Below, piece after piece: positions 35,715 to 45,916 of a stretch of 64,000 bases of DNA. The notes below the pieces were generated by a model. The model saw nothing but the letters and a program-made list of their open reading frames with translations. It was not told the origin of the DNA and searched no databases. The stretch's first letter is position 1, and each line of letters opens with the position of its first letter. A program made the position numbers and the translations under genes. The stretch lies in the IMG/VR virus record IMGVR_UViG_3300021197_001928, positions 1 through 64,000 of that record; one strand, 5' to 3'. Source of the DNA: a virus.

Positions 35715-38700
35715 CTATACTCCAAAAATCTCTGATGCGGTTGGAAAGTTTATCGCTGCAACATGGCCACTTTCACCACCTATATCTACCGAAGAACTCA
35801 ACATGCCATCTGCGTCTGCGTATCCATAAATTCTTTGCTTTCCGCTCTTATATGAATAATTACTTCCCAACGAAGAAGTTACCCAAGAATATTGAAAGTC
35901 AGAGCGTGGCAACAAGGAACTCATGTGTGCGTTGTTATGATCTTCGTTGAACACAGGAGCAGGTATTGTTGATGTGTCAGTTGGTTTTCTTCCAACATTA
36001 CGGTGCATCTTGTTTGTTGACGCTTCCGCTTCGTATCCGGATGATATAACCACACCAAACTGTGAGTCAACTCCAAATTTGCCACTATGTCTAGATAATA
36101 AAGTTCTTTGGCCCTCTCTTCGCCCTGCGTCGCTATTGAGACGAATTGTTGAGCTTTCTCCCGATCCAGAACTTCTGACCGTTAAGTTACGATAGTTCAG
36201 AGAGTTGTAGACCGAGTATTCTCTTGAATACACATCTAAATAGGCTGGGGATGTTTCAATCCCGCCGGGAGCAGAAAATCGAGAAGAAATAATTGTTCTT
36301 GTTGCTGAGGATGTCACATTGGCATTCACGACATCGTGTGCTCTTCTTACATCGCCGGGATCATCATCAATGCCACCGCTCACATCATCACTATTCAATA
36401 CAAAAGAACATTTGCTTGAAACAAAATTAATATTATAAGCAGACCCATTTTGGCTAGCCGTTATCGCAAACTCTGCTTGGCTTGCTGTCAAGGGAATACT
36501 GCTGGTCACAAAAGTAAATCTAGAGGCATCGTCCTCGTGAACATTTAGTGAATTTACAGCACCGTCGCCGGCTATATTGGTTATTCTATTTCCGTAGTTG
36601 GCTCCATCACCGCCGAAGTCTCCAAAAGTATAAAAGAACCCTAGTGCACTAGGATCTAACAAGAACGAGTCATTTTTAGATGTTGGCGCAATGCCACAAT
36701 TGTATATTGATTCAACTTGAGATGTTGTTGCCGCAGCATTCCACCATAGAAATTCACTGATGGCTCCTCTAAAGTATCTGTTTGACGTTAATGTTTCATT
36801 CAACACAAATGCCCCTTCTGGGTCCACTAGTGTAAAAGCCTCAGAAGTTGGAGATATCGGAAAACTACCTACGGTATTCCACGATGTCGCTACCCCATTA
36901 ATAAACAAATTCACAGTACCAGCGGCTGAGGATGAGTTATATGTTAATATAATATTTGTCCATTTGTTATGATAAGTTGCCGGAAAACCATTATATTCCC
37001 ACTTTCGTGCTCTAGATGTACCAGAGCCCCCTTTAAATTTCATTTCAAATATTAACCTATCTGTTCCTGATATGTAAAGCTGATGGGTGCAATCTGTTGG
37101 GCTTGATGAGATTGACTGTGATGAAGTAAGATTAAAAATAGTATATTGTTGTCCGACCGAAGCAGTAGTTGGTTTTATGCTAACATATGCCGTGAAGTCA
37201 TCTGCGTTGACGCTTTGCAAGGAACCACTTAACACTCTTTGCCCAGCGGCGGGGTGATTTGCTTGAAGACCCATGCTGTATGTTGCAGATGAGGTTGCGT
37301 AAGTGATTGAATATTGCGATGGAAAAGCGGATAAGAAAGAGGCAGTAAATTCATTGAACAACCCGGTATCAGTTGATCCTGTAAAGTAGAATTTGGAAGA
37401 GGTATCTGAGGAGTTGCCAACAATTAATTCTCTGTTGGTACTACCAGTTGCTTGCAATACGTGTCCTGAAATGATGTTTTCAAAACCAATTATTTTTAAG
37501 CTACCGCTAGCACGTACTCCCGGTGCGGGCTCTTTAACTGTTAAGTTGCCATCCGGCTGTCTGTTGTTGTAGTGCGTCCCAAAAACGTTACCAGAGACAA
37601 ACGGCGCCTGACCGAATAATGACATCGGGTGTGTAGTCTCCGGCAGTATAGCGGCAATTGGAGACGGAAGGTAATTTGATTGTTCAGGGTTTTTTCTAAA
37701 ATGAAGGTTATTCTGCTGTTTACCGCCGGCAGTAATTACTTCGTAATTTTCTTTGAAGTTACCAAGATTTTTACTCCCTGTTGTATACTGAATATTTTTT
37801 ATGTTAACGGGGCGTTTAGCTCGCTCTTCACGATAGAAAACAGCAGCCTTACGTGCAGGATCAGGGTATGGACCACCATAATCGGGACCAACAATGCCTA
37901 GAGCGCCATCCAAAGGAGTGTATTTGTCTCCCAGTTTCAACATCCAACCTTCTGCTCTGGTGTATTTGTTATCTAAATTATTAAGAGGGGCTGTTCCTGT
38001 ATCGTCATCAACCAGAGTCGTGTCATACCTGTTGATTGGGGCATGTCGATGTTGATGCCCGCCAACCCAAGTTTCAGCAAAAGGGCCCTGCATCGGTATA
38101 TGGTTTGTAGGTGACGTTGTATCGGAATGTATATTTGTAATAACAGAAGCAGAATCAAATTGATTCACAACATCCGTGTTGTATCCGCTATTAAGCGATT
38201 GTGACATTATTGTAACTGGTAGGCCAAGCTCGGTCACCCTATAGGAATATGTACTATCGGTGTTTTTAGGGCCGGGTACTTCGCCTTCATCCGAATATCT
38301 TCCCGCAAACACATCTAACCTGACTCTTTTCTTGAGGTTTGGGTCTATTGTATCGGTCACTTGTTGCGAGTTAATACCATTGCCGGTTCCCGGACCAGCA
38401 ACTACAACGTTCAGTGGTTGGCCGTAGTTACCTTTTGGGCCGTGTCTCTGGACTAGGTGGTAAATGTTATCTCGGTCCTTTTTAGGCGGATAATTAATAC
38501 CGCCACGCAGGGGAGGCTCAAGTTCTTGAGAAATCCTATAAGGTCTGGATAGTCGACGCAAAGCAAAGGTAGATCCCTGATACGTTGTCAAGTCTGATTT
38601 AGCAAGATCTATATGGCTACCCGTGTTTTCTGTTATTATGACCTTTCTTAATTCTTCTCTTTCAGTTATATCAGATCTTTCTTTCCGTAACTTTTGCCAA

Positions 38701-41700
38701 ACTTGATTGTTATTTGCATCCCCGTCAACAGGGGCATGTCCGAATTTCCAATTATATCGTATTTCTGAACTACCTTTAATTGGAGATTCAGTGGCTGTGA
38801 ATGTTTTCAATGTTGGAAATTTATTTTTATATTTACTTCTCTCAAAGATGTGACTCTCGACAACATCGTATATCTGACCTGAGTGTCTTGCTGAGATTGG
38901 AAATAGTTGTGATGTCATACTGGAGACGGAAGAGTCAATCCATTTGTAATATCTTGTGAATTTATCGAAATCAGGGTCTTCTTCTACTTTTTCATAAAAC
39001 AATCTCCTAAGTAAGTCTAAATTTTTATAACCTTCTCTATATCTGTATACTGCCTTACCGATTAAATCGTTAAATTCTACAATTGAAGAAATCATCTTTA
39101 ACATTTCATCAGATACAATTTGTGACATACTCTTCTCTAAGGAATAGAAATTGTCACTTATATCTTCGTCTTTAACAAAATTACGAGTCTCTTCATTTTC
39201 AATTTTGACTTTATCTGCATTGAAGCTTATTTCTGGTTGTTGTTTCTTGTTTGAATAGATGACCTCGTTTCTTAGAACCGCAGTGCTTGAGACGGGGAAG
39301 CCAAAACCCTCTCCTCTGTTTTCAACCATTGATACATTATCAATCCATCCATATCTAGTTGAAACAGAACCGCTTGAAATATCATCAACAATAAATTCCC
39401 CGCTAGCATCTGATGTGGTGACTGTTTCAAAATCCCAATTTATTGCCACTAGGTCTGCGGCTGGTATGGATTTATTGCCCATGTCAACATTAAACATGGT
39501 TGAGGACTTATGTATGCTGTCCATTCCAAAACTAGTTGGGTCCATGTTGTGTTTTCTAATTGTAGAGTCTGATAGGTAATCTATATAATATTTAAAACCT
39601 CCCACCTTGATATCACTTTGAGCTACGACAGTGCCGGTAAAGTTTGTTCTATGTGCTCCAACATAAAATCTTTTTGATTTTGTCAAGAATGCAGAACCAC
39701 TAGCGTTATCGAGACTAGCCGACAGAGAAAACTCACTCTGTACGGTTCCAAATGCGTGATTTACACCATAAAACTCTATTTTGTAAGTCGGGCTTACTGT
39801 TTGAACGACATTCCCTTGGAAAGGATATTTTTCTGGTTTTACTCTTACTGCAAAATTCCAAGACTGATTTGAGTACACTTCTGGGTAGTAGCTCGACGTT
39901 AGAATTGTTCTTCCATCATACGTCTCCAAAATAAATTTGGCCCTACTTGAATCTAACTTATCTCTTTCGGCTGATACTTGAAAATTAGCTACATCAGTTG
40001 CCTCCCAAGTATAATCTCCGGGGACTGCGGATGCCTCATGCATACCAAAAATAGATGACTTCTTAAATGGAATTTTAAAGCTATTTTTTTCAAATACACT
40101 AAGACTTTGTGGAAAAATTGTTGCCACTTCGGCTGTGAATGCAGAATTTATTTCTTTTTGAGATGCATCCGACCCTGTTATGAATGTCAGTGAATTATTA
40201 ACAGACGCAGTTTGATATATTGTCGCATTAAACCGATTAACATCAAAAAAGTTAACATATTTTTTCATCAAAGAAGTTTGTCTGTATTTGTCAGAAAAAT
40301 AATGCATTCCACCATCAGTGTATACATTCATTTTTATTAGCTCATCATCAATACCAAAGCACCTCAAGGTGTTCCTGATTGACTTTTCATTTCCTTTAGA
40401 TTTAAATATCGAAGCTAGATTATTATAAAGATTGGTATATATGAGATTTTTTACCTCTGCTATATCTTTCTCAAAATGAACTTTCTGGTTGTCTATGCCT
40501 TCGATCTTTTCCAAAAGATCTGAATTTAGCAGTATATCATTAGTAATAAACCCTTTGTTTTCTAGCAGTTTCTTTGCAAACGGAATAGCTTTTCCCTGCT
40601 TAAGTGGGTACACTGTGTCTCTCAAAGAAGTTAGAGAAGTTGTCTGGGTATATAGCGTATCAAAGTAGCTTGACATAATTTGATATATGTATCTTAAATT
40701 GCTACCTCCTTCGTCCATATCCTCATCCTTGATCCATTCCGGCACAGTTTTAAAATATAGATTTGTTGTATTTTTTGTGTCCCAACTCGAACCGCTTGTT
40801 TTTAGCTCTGCTAGCAAGGACACAACTTCTGGATGGTTACTTCTAATAATTGGATCTGCTGCTTCCACTATCGTATGTGATGAAGAATGAAAGGCGGACC
40901 CTGTGTTTCTAGATCCTGCTTGGTATCCATACCAAGTTCCGTTTGCAATCCTTCCTGAATAGTCAAGAACAACCGAATCATATGAAGCATCTCCGATTAT
41001 ACCCTCGTTAAATTTAAAATAAAGGCCCAAATTAACATTAGCATCATCGGTGTTTGTACCTCCGCCCACATTACGATGCCAGTTATTATAAATTTGTTTG
41101 TCTGTTCTCCGTGTATTCCAGAATCTGAATTCATCCAAACTAGCACTTAGCTTGCCGGCATATTGTGCAGCAGAGGATGCGGAAGGAGAAGTCTGTAATG
41201 CTCCCAGATAACCATTAAATAATCCAGTGATTGACCCAAGGCCTTTAGAGCCCAGAATTTTTTGATTATCAAGGGCACCATCGACATATAACCTAGACGT
41301 TACACCAGATGCCCCAGAAACGAACGATAAGGCATAATGCTTCCAGTTTCCGAGCGAAGAGGTGGTAACAGTGGTCGAACCAATAGCCTCGTTAAAAAAG
41401 CCATCTGTGCCCGATTGCAGAGAAAGCCTAAATGTGTCAGCGCCAGACTGGGCAACGCCCGTTCCTGATAGTTCTATTGTAAATCGTCCGTAATTTGCTG
41501 ATGAGGTAGCTTCTCCGTTCCACAAATCAAGAACTACTTCTTTTTCTGTTTTCGAGATATCGAATGCGTCCTTCTTCAGCCAGAATTCAACTGTGATTCC
41601 TTTATCGAGGTTTACTTTAAAGGTTGTTGTGCGATTTTTATCTGAGTCGTACACCACCGAATCTGCGAATGTTTTCCATAAAGGTTTGTTTTTCATACCA

Positions 41701-42140
41701 GCCGAAGCAGTGTGCATACCACCACGTGCATATAAATACTCAACTGATGAAGGTAAACCATACCCATCGGCTGTTTTTGAACCGTTGAGGGCGCCCCAAC
41801 TGCCGTATGAAAAATTTGCATAACCAGTTGATTTGGGGTATTTGTTATTGAATATCCATCGATCCAAAAATGAAGATGATAATTCAAACAACAATTTTTC
41901 ATTACGAGAGCCATCATACGGATAATCATTGTATACTCTCTTAATTGAAGTTTCGTAGTATAACTCAGCGGAACCAAATTTGGCGAAATTAGAAGCAGAT
42001 GAAAAATCAATATTTGGGATATATTGATCATCCTTCTTGACTGTTGATAATATTAAGTCTTTTGATTCTACTTTTGCACTACCAGTGGCAGCATTCTCAA
42101 AACTGCTTATTTTGTTTTTAAATAAATTTTTAATACTCAT
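35715..42140 (-). CDS. Large baseplate/tail protein with two LamG (concanavalin-like) domains
   Basis: TVEFWLKK...WKHYAL...LYVDG...LDEFRFW and a second KWTNIILTY..LFING..FRGAISE; also IFKSKGNEKSI...L..FG, a baseplate wedge-like motif. Confidence 0.7.
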   Translation of the reverse strand: MSIKNLFKNKISSFENAATGSAKVESKDLILSTVKKDDQYIPNIDFSSASNFAKFGSAELYYETSIKRVYNDYPYDGSRNEKLLFELSSSFLDRWIFNNKYPKSTGYANFSYGSWGALNGSKTADGYGLPSSVEYLYARGGMHTASAGMKNKPLWKTFADSVVYDSDKNRTTTFKVNLDKGITVEFWLKKDAFDISKTEKEVVLDLWNGEATSSANYGRFTIELSGTGVAQSGADTFRLSLQSGTDGFFNEAIGSTTVTTSSLGNWKHYALSFVSGASGVTSRLYVDGALDNQKILGSKGLGSITGLFNGYLGALQTSPSASSAAQYAGKLSASLDEFRFWNTRRTDKQIYNNWHRNVGGGTNTDDANVNLGLYFKFNEGIIGDASYDSVVLDYSGRIANGTWYGYQAGSRNTGSAFHSSSHTIVEAADPIIRSNHPEVVSLLAELKTSGSSWDTKNTTNLYFKTVPEWIKDEDMDEGGSNLRYIYQIMSSYFDTLYTQTTSLTSLRDTVYPLKQGKAIPFAKKLLENKGFITNDILLNSDLLEKIEGIDNQKVHFEKDIAEVKNLIYTNLYNNLASIFKSKGNEKSIRNTLRCFGIDDELIKMNVYTDGGMHYFSDKYRQTSLMKKYVNFFDVNRFNATIYQTASVNNSLTFITGSDASQKEINSAFTAEVATIFPQSLSVFEKNSFKIPFKKSSIFGMHEASAVPGDYTWEATDVANFQVSAERDKLDSSRAKFILETYDGRTILTSSYYPEVYSNQSWNFAVRVKPEKYPFQGNVVQTVSPTYKIEFYGVNHAFGTVQSEFSLSASLDNASGSAFLTKSKRFYVGAHRTNFTGTVVAQSDIKVGGFKYYIDYLSDSTIRKHNMDPTSFGMDSIHKSSTMFNVDMGNKSIPAADLVAINWDFETVTTSDASGEFIVDDISSGSVSTRYGWIDNVSMVENRGEGFGFPVSSTAVLRNEVIYSNKKQQPEISFNADKVKIENEETRNFVKDEDISDNFYSLEKSMSQIVSDEMLKMISSIVEFNDLIGKAVYRYREGYKNLDLLRRLFYEKVEEDPDFDKFTRYYKWIDSSVSSMTSQLFPISARHSGQIYDVVESHIFERSKYKNKFPTLKTFTATESPIKGSSEIRYNWKFGHAPVDGDANNNQVWQKLRKERSDITEREELRKVIITENTGSHIDLAKSDLTTYQGSTFALRRLSRPYRISQELEPPLRGGINYPPKKDRDNIYHLVQRHGPKGNYGQPLNVVVAGPGTGNGINSQQVTDTIDPNLKKRVRLDVFAGRYSDEGEVPGPKNTDSTYSYRVTELGLPVTIMSQSLNSGYNTDVVNQFDSASVITNIHSDTTSPTNHIPMQGPFAETWVGGHQHRHAPINRYDTTLVDDDTGTAPLNNLDNKYTRAEGWMLKLGDKYTPLDGALGIVGPDYGGPYPDPARKAAVFYREERAKRPVNIKNIQYTTGSKNLGNFKENYEVITAGGKQQNNLHFRKNPEQSNYLPSPIAAILPETTHPMSLFGQAPFVSGNVFGTHYNNRQPDGNLTVKEPAPGVRASGSLKIIGFENIISGHVLQATGSTNRELIVGNSSDTSSKFYFTGSTDTGLFNEFTASFLSAFPSQYSITYATSSATYSMGLQANHPAAGQRVLSGSLQSVNADDFTAYVSIKPTTASVGQQYTIFNLTSSQSISSSPTDCTHQLYISGTDRLIFEMKFKGGSGTSRARKWEYNGFPATYHNKWTNIILTYNSSSAAGTVNLFINGVATSWNTVGSFPISPTSEAFTLVDPEGAFVLNETLTSNRYFRGAISEFLWWNAAATTSQVESIYNCGIAPTSKNDSFLLDPSALGFFYTFGDFGGDGANYGNRITNIAGDGAVNSLNVHEDDASRFTFVTSSIPLTASQAEFAITASQNGSAYNINFVSSKCSFVLNSDDVSGGIDDDPGDVRRAHDVVNANVTSSATRTIISSRFSAPGGIETSPAYLDVYSREYSVYNSLNYRNLTVRSSGSGESSTIRLNSDAGRREGQRTLLSRHSGKFGVDSQFGVVISSGYEAEASTNKMHRNVGRKPTDTSTIPAPVFNEDHNNAHMSSLLPRSDFQYSWVTSSLGSNYSYKSGKQRIYGYADADGMLSSSVDIGGESGHVAAINFPTASEIFGV

Positions 42141-43662
42141 TCTTGTCTACTCTGATTTTAAAGATGTATGGTTGTTCAACATAGGACCCAATTGATTCTT
42201 CATAAAAAGAATATGAAATTCCATAGGTGTATCCCTGTTCTAGCATGGACATATCCAAATCAAAATAGTTTCCCGATACATCATATGATAGGACAGTGTG
42301 ATTGGTTGATGAAGTGCCATAAGAAACAACTACTTTATCGTCTATCAATCTTTTAATTTTATACGATGCGCTCTCTATCAACAAGGCGTCAGGAGTTGTT
42401 TGCGCCTTTGTATAAATACTAGGACTCCAGTTTTTGTATCTTGCATACAGCCTAAACCTTTCTGTTCCGCTGTCTGGGTATGAGGTTTTTAGATTTGGCA
42501 TTGTCACTACGTATTTAGGATTGGGGTTGAAATCCGAAAAGCTATGAGTTTTGGGAGTTATCATAGAACCTGTAAATATTTCTGCTCCAGAGTAACTCCA
42601 GACATCAAATAAATAAGGATACGTATCAACAACTGCACTACTAGCTGTCGAAAACTGAATTTTGTATATTCCTTTTGATACTCTTGAGGCATTCAATGAG
42701 GATACAGTGCTGTTGCTGGAGTTTTCAAAACTCCTAGAATTACCTTCTGGGACAGAACCTGATCCATAATAAAGTTTCATTGTTGGTACAGCGGAATCCG
42801 ATCCCGCTATATCTTTCAAAGCTCCTTTAAAATAATTGTATAAATATAGAGTGTTTAAGTTATCAGCAGTTGTCAGAGTTGAGCTTTTAAAGTGAAAGTT
42901 GCCCCTGTTGTCTCGTATCGAGGAGTCCCAACGTGCTTCAATTTTTGGCCTCTCAAAAAAGAATTCAGAAGACCTAGCAAAGAACTTTTTGGTATAATAT
43001 GATTTTGCTGCGCCTGTTAGGTTTATTGAACTTGAAGCTTCGTAACTAGCACTAAGTTTTATGATAAATCCATGGTCGTCTTTCTTTCCGATTGTATTAC
43101 CTTGCGTGTTGATCCATTGTTCAACCACAGTTGTCACATCTAATTCTAAATCCTCATCACCATTTTCGAATCTAGTTGTGTAATATGAAATGTTATCAGT
43201 ATACCAATCGCCACCTTCTGCTGCCCAGCCAGTTGACCCAGCTATGTTAACCCAGTTCGATCCTATTTTATCGTAAGTTAGGTCAGTATAATTTTCCATA
43301 TCCATACCGACTCCTTCTTCCCACGATGAAGAAATTGAACTAGAAACAGCAGCAACAGTCAAATAGAAATCCCTTGGCAAAGTCCTTGTATGCTCTGCAT
43401 TATACATTTTTAAGTAAAATGACACACTTCCCGATGCTGGTATTGTTCCCTCTTGTCTGCTAGATGATATATCCGTGATTGGGAACTTTAATAATACTCT
43501 GGAAAGTTCTGCTGAACCAGAGTCTCTTTGGGCGTATAGGGAAAACACTTCTAAAATGTCAGCCTGACCCATGTTGGACCCGGTACCTCTTGTATTGAAG
43601 TCTTCTTTGTAAGCATTTGTTATAGTGTTGTCAGCGTTTGCTATATATCTTTTGATTGCCAT
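42130..43662 (-). CDS. Virion structural protein (DNRLRE-like beta domain)
   Basis: ADNTI...N.G..ILEV...SRVLLKF...W.EG.G...LDVT.VV..W...HGFIIK...P.IE.RWD. Confidence 0.6.
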   Translation of the reverse strand: MAIKRYIANADNTITNAYKEDFNTRGTGSNMGQADILEVFSLYAQRDSGSAELSRVLLKFPITDISSSRQEGTIPASGSVSFYLKMYNAEHTRTLPRDFYLTVAAVSSSISSSWEEGVGMDMENYTDLTYDKIGSNWVNIAGSTGWAAEGGDWYTDNISYYTTRFENGDEDLELDVTTVVEQWINTQGNTIGKKDDHGFIIKLSASYEASSSINLTGAAKSYYTKKFFARSSEFFFERPKIEARWDSSIRDNRGNFHFKSSTLTTADNLNTLYLYNYFKGALKDIAGSDSAVPTMKLYYGSGSVPEGNSRSFENSSNSTVSSLNASRVSKGIYKIQFSTASSAVVDTYPYLFDVWSYSGAEIFTGSMITPKTHSFSDFNPNPKYVVTMPNLKTSYPDSGTERFRLYARYKNWSPSIYTKAQTTPDALLIESASYKIKRLIDDKVVVSYGTSSTNHTVLSYDVSGNYFDLDMSMLEQGYTYGISYSFYEESIGSYVEQPYIFKIRVDKNEY

Positions 43663-45461
43663 TATTTTACCGCTCCTTTTATGTCTAGGTTGGGATATTT
43701 TATCTCAAGGATTATATTCTTAGGAACTTTGTAATAAGATCCATCCCGGCTGAGGCCTACTTGTACATTATAATTAATAGCGCTGTATTGGTTTCCTGTT
43801 TTATTAAAAATGTGAACCCTTTTAACGTCTTGCACACCCTCTACGTTGTTTAGCACTTCGTAAATCCTTGTTAAATATAGTGGCTCCCCAATATACATTA
43901 TGTCACCAAAATAATTCTTAACAGCATCTTGGCAATCGAATAGCACACTTTGGGAATCGTAATTTTTGTCATTGACAACAGTAAATTCTATTCCGATATT
44001 GACTATAAAAACATCTTTTATTGTAACAGAGTCATTAATAGGTATATAATGGGTCAAATAGTTCTTAATATTGTTTTTTGTAATCTGATGGGTCTTTGCT
44101 AGCTTTCCATCGTTATCCACAGAAACCACATACATACTTATCTCTCGGTTGGTACTGGATGGGTCGTTAACAATATTAGCCCTTGATACACCGCCAAACT
44201 TAGTTGGCATTTGATAAACCAGTGATTCATAATCTTGTTTTGTCACTGCCCTGTTCTGTGCAGCATAATATGCCTTGGCTCTCTCTTTCAACTCTTGATT
44301 CGAAACGTCTTGAGAGTTTGACACAATTGGTTCTTCGTTTATACATTCGAGAGAATTAACTACTGATCCTCTTAAATTTGATGTAAGGACCGTTTCATCT
44401 TTAAATTCAATTAAGGAGTTGGTAACAACCTGAACAGAGTTTGATGCTGCGGCTGTTTTACCTCCCTCATTCATTCTTATAACAACTCTTAATTTTGTAT
44501 TATAAGGGGAGATTCCCAATTTGTTCGTAGAAATTAATTTTGTTGGATCAAAAGATAGATCACTTATAGTATTTTTACCATGCATTTTTAGAGCAACTTT
44601 TGAAGGGTCTATAATCCCACTTGAATCATCGTCTTGAGACCCAAACCCAAACTGTAAGTAGGTTCCGGAATCATCTTGATAGATTGTGAATTTTCTTGTT
44701 GTTACAAAGGGCTTTAGAATGGATCTGACTCCATCTGCAACAGCGTCTTTATTTGTCGTCTCTACAAAAACAACCTCTTGAGATAGATTGTCGACCTCAT
44801 AATATTTATTGCCTTCAGAATCAGTAACAGAAAAAACCTCTGTGATATTATCATCTCCCACTCTTACTCTTCTAAATCTCTCAAAGACCTCATCTTTAAG
44901 ATCCATTTCAACTACTGCGTAGACACCAGATTGTACTTGGCCATATGCCTTACAAGCAAAATATGTTGTGGCACCTGTCGTTGAATCGAATCTAGCTGCT
45001 ACGAATTGAGTATTCGCATTATCAAAGACAACGTCCTCGGTTAAAATATAATTACCACCAGAATTGCTGCTAACAGTTGTCCCCCTCTTGAGAGTTGGCA
45101 AGTAGTCCAAATCTGGTGCTGTTCCGGCTGCATTTGATGGACATAATATAAAGAATGCTATAACCCCATATGAAGACGGTATGCCTCTAAATTTATACCC
45201 CAAGGCACGGGCATGTTTTCTAATATTATTAAACTCTACAGCAGTATCTAGGAACGATTCATTAACAGCATAGTCTAAATAATATGATAATATATCTCCA
45301 ACATATGAGACACTATCCAGCACCATCGAACCGAAAGAAGGAGTTGTAAAGTCTCTATAATTTTCCGGATAAAACCTTTTGGCGTGTTCAACCAGATCAT
45401 CCTTAATCGTTTCGAATTCTCTGCTAGTGTATTTTATTGTTATGTTTTTACTTTTTGGCAT
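43662..45461 (-). CDS. Baseplate wedge subunit (T4 gp6-like)
   Basis: Y.SREF..IK..L...K..YP..Y.DF, SYVGDILSYYLD..VNESFL.TA, ARALGYK, LQFGFG, AQNRAVTKQDY; start ATG 45461. Confidence 0.88.
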   Translation of the reverse strand: MPKSKNITIKYTSREFETIKDDLVEHAKRFYPENYRDFTTPSFGSMVLDSVSYVGDILSYYLDYAVNESFLDTAVEFNNIRKHARALGYKFRGIPSSYGVIAFFILCPSNAAGTAPDLDYLPTLKRGTTVSSNSGGNYILTEDVVFDNANTQFVAARFDSTTGATTYFACKAYGQVQSGVYAVVEMDLKDEVFERFRRVRVGDDNITEVFSVTDSEGNKYYEVDNLSQEVVFVETTNKDAVADGVRSILKPFVTTRKFTIYQDDSGTYLQFGFGSQDDDSSGIIDPSKVALKMHGKNTISDLSFDPTKLISTNKLGISPYNTKLRVVIRMNEGGKTAAASNSVQVVTNSLIEFKDETVLTSNLRGSVVNSLECINEEPIVSNSQDVSNQELKERAKAYYAAQNRAVTKQDYESLVYQMPTKFGGVSRANIVNDPSSTNREISMYVVSVDNDGKLAKTHQITKNNIKNYLTHYIPINDSVTIKDVFIVNIGIEFTVVNDKNYDSQSVLFDCQDAVKNYFGDIMYIGEPLYLTRIYEVLNNVEGVQDVKRVHIFNKTGNQYSAINYNVQVGLSRDGSYYKVPKNIILEIKYPNLDIKGAVK

Positions 45462-45514
45462 TTCTTTTTTAATCTCCAACAATCAAATATAAATAGATTT
45501 AGAAGAGATTTTAA

Positions 45515-45916
45515 CTATTCGCTAATAATCAAATCGAATCTAGCATGCTTTTTAATATTAGGTATTGTATATTGTATTACGATTTTTATGGCATTTGGGC
45601 TGTCTTCTGTGGTGGTGACCAGTGTATTATCAATAATAATATACGGAACATATTCGTTAATGCCATTTATTATATTGCTTTCTAATTGTTCAAAATCTTG
45701 TAGTTGCCCGGAATTGTATGAAAATAAGAATGTTTTTGCTGCACAGCCAAAATCTGGGTCACTGCGTCTTTCTCCCGGGTGTGTTAAGATAGTACTTTTA
45801 ATGTTAAAATTTATAACATCTACAATTTCATCTTCCCCTAGGGTTTCAAAAGTTTCAGTTTTCGCCCCGCCCTGTTCCAAAGGAAATTTTACGGTATAGT
45901 TTACATTAGACATCAT
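45515..45916 (-). CDS. Baseplate wedge protein (T4 gp25-like)
   Basis: NIK..ILT.PGER..DPDFGC.....LF, I..YVPYI motifs; adjacent to gp6. Confidence 0.88.
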   Translation of the reverse strand: MMSNVNYTVKFPLEQGGAKTETFETLGEDEIVDVINFNIKSTILTHPGERRSDPDFGCAAKTFLFSYNSGQLQDFEQLESNIINGINEYVPYIIIDNTLVTTTEDSPNAIKIVIQYTIPNIKKHARFDLIISE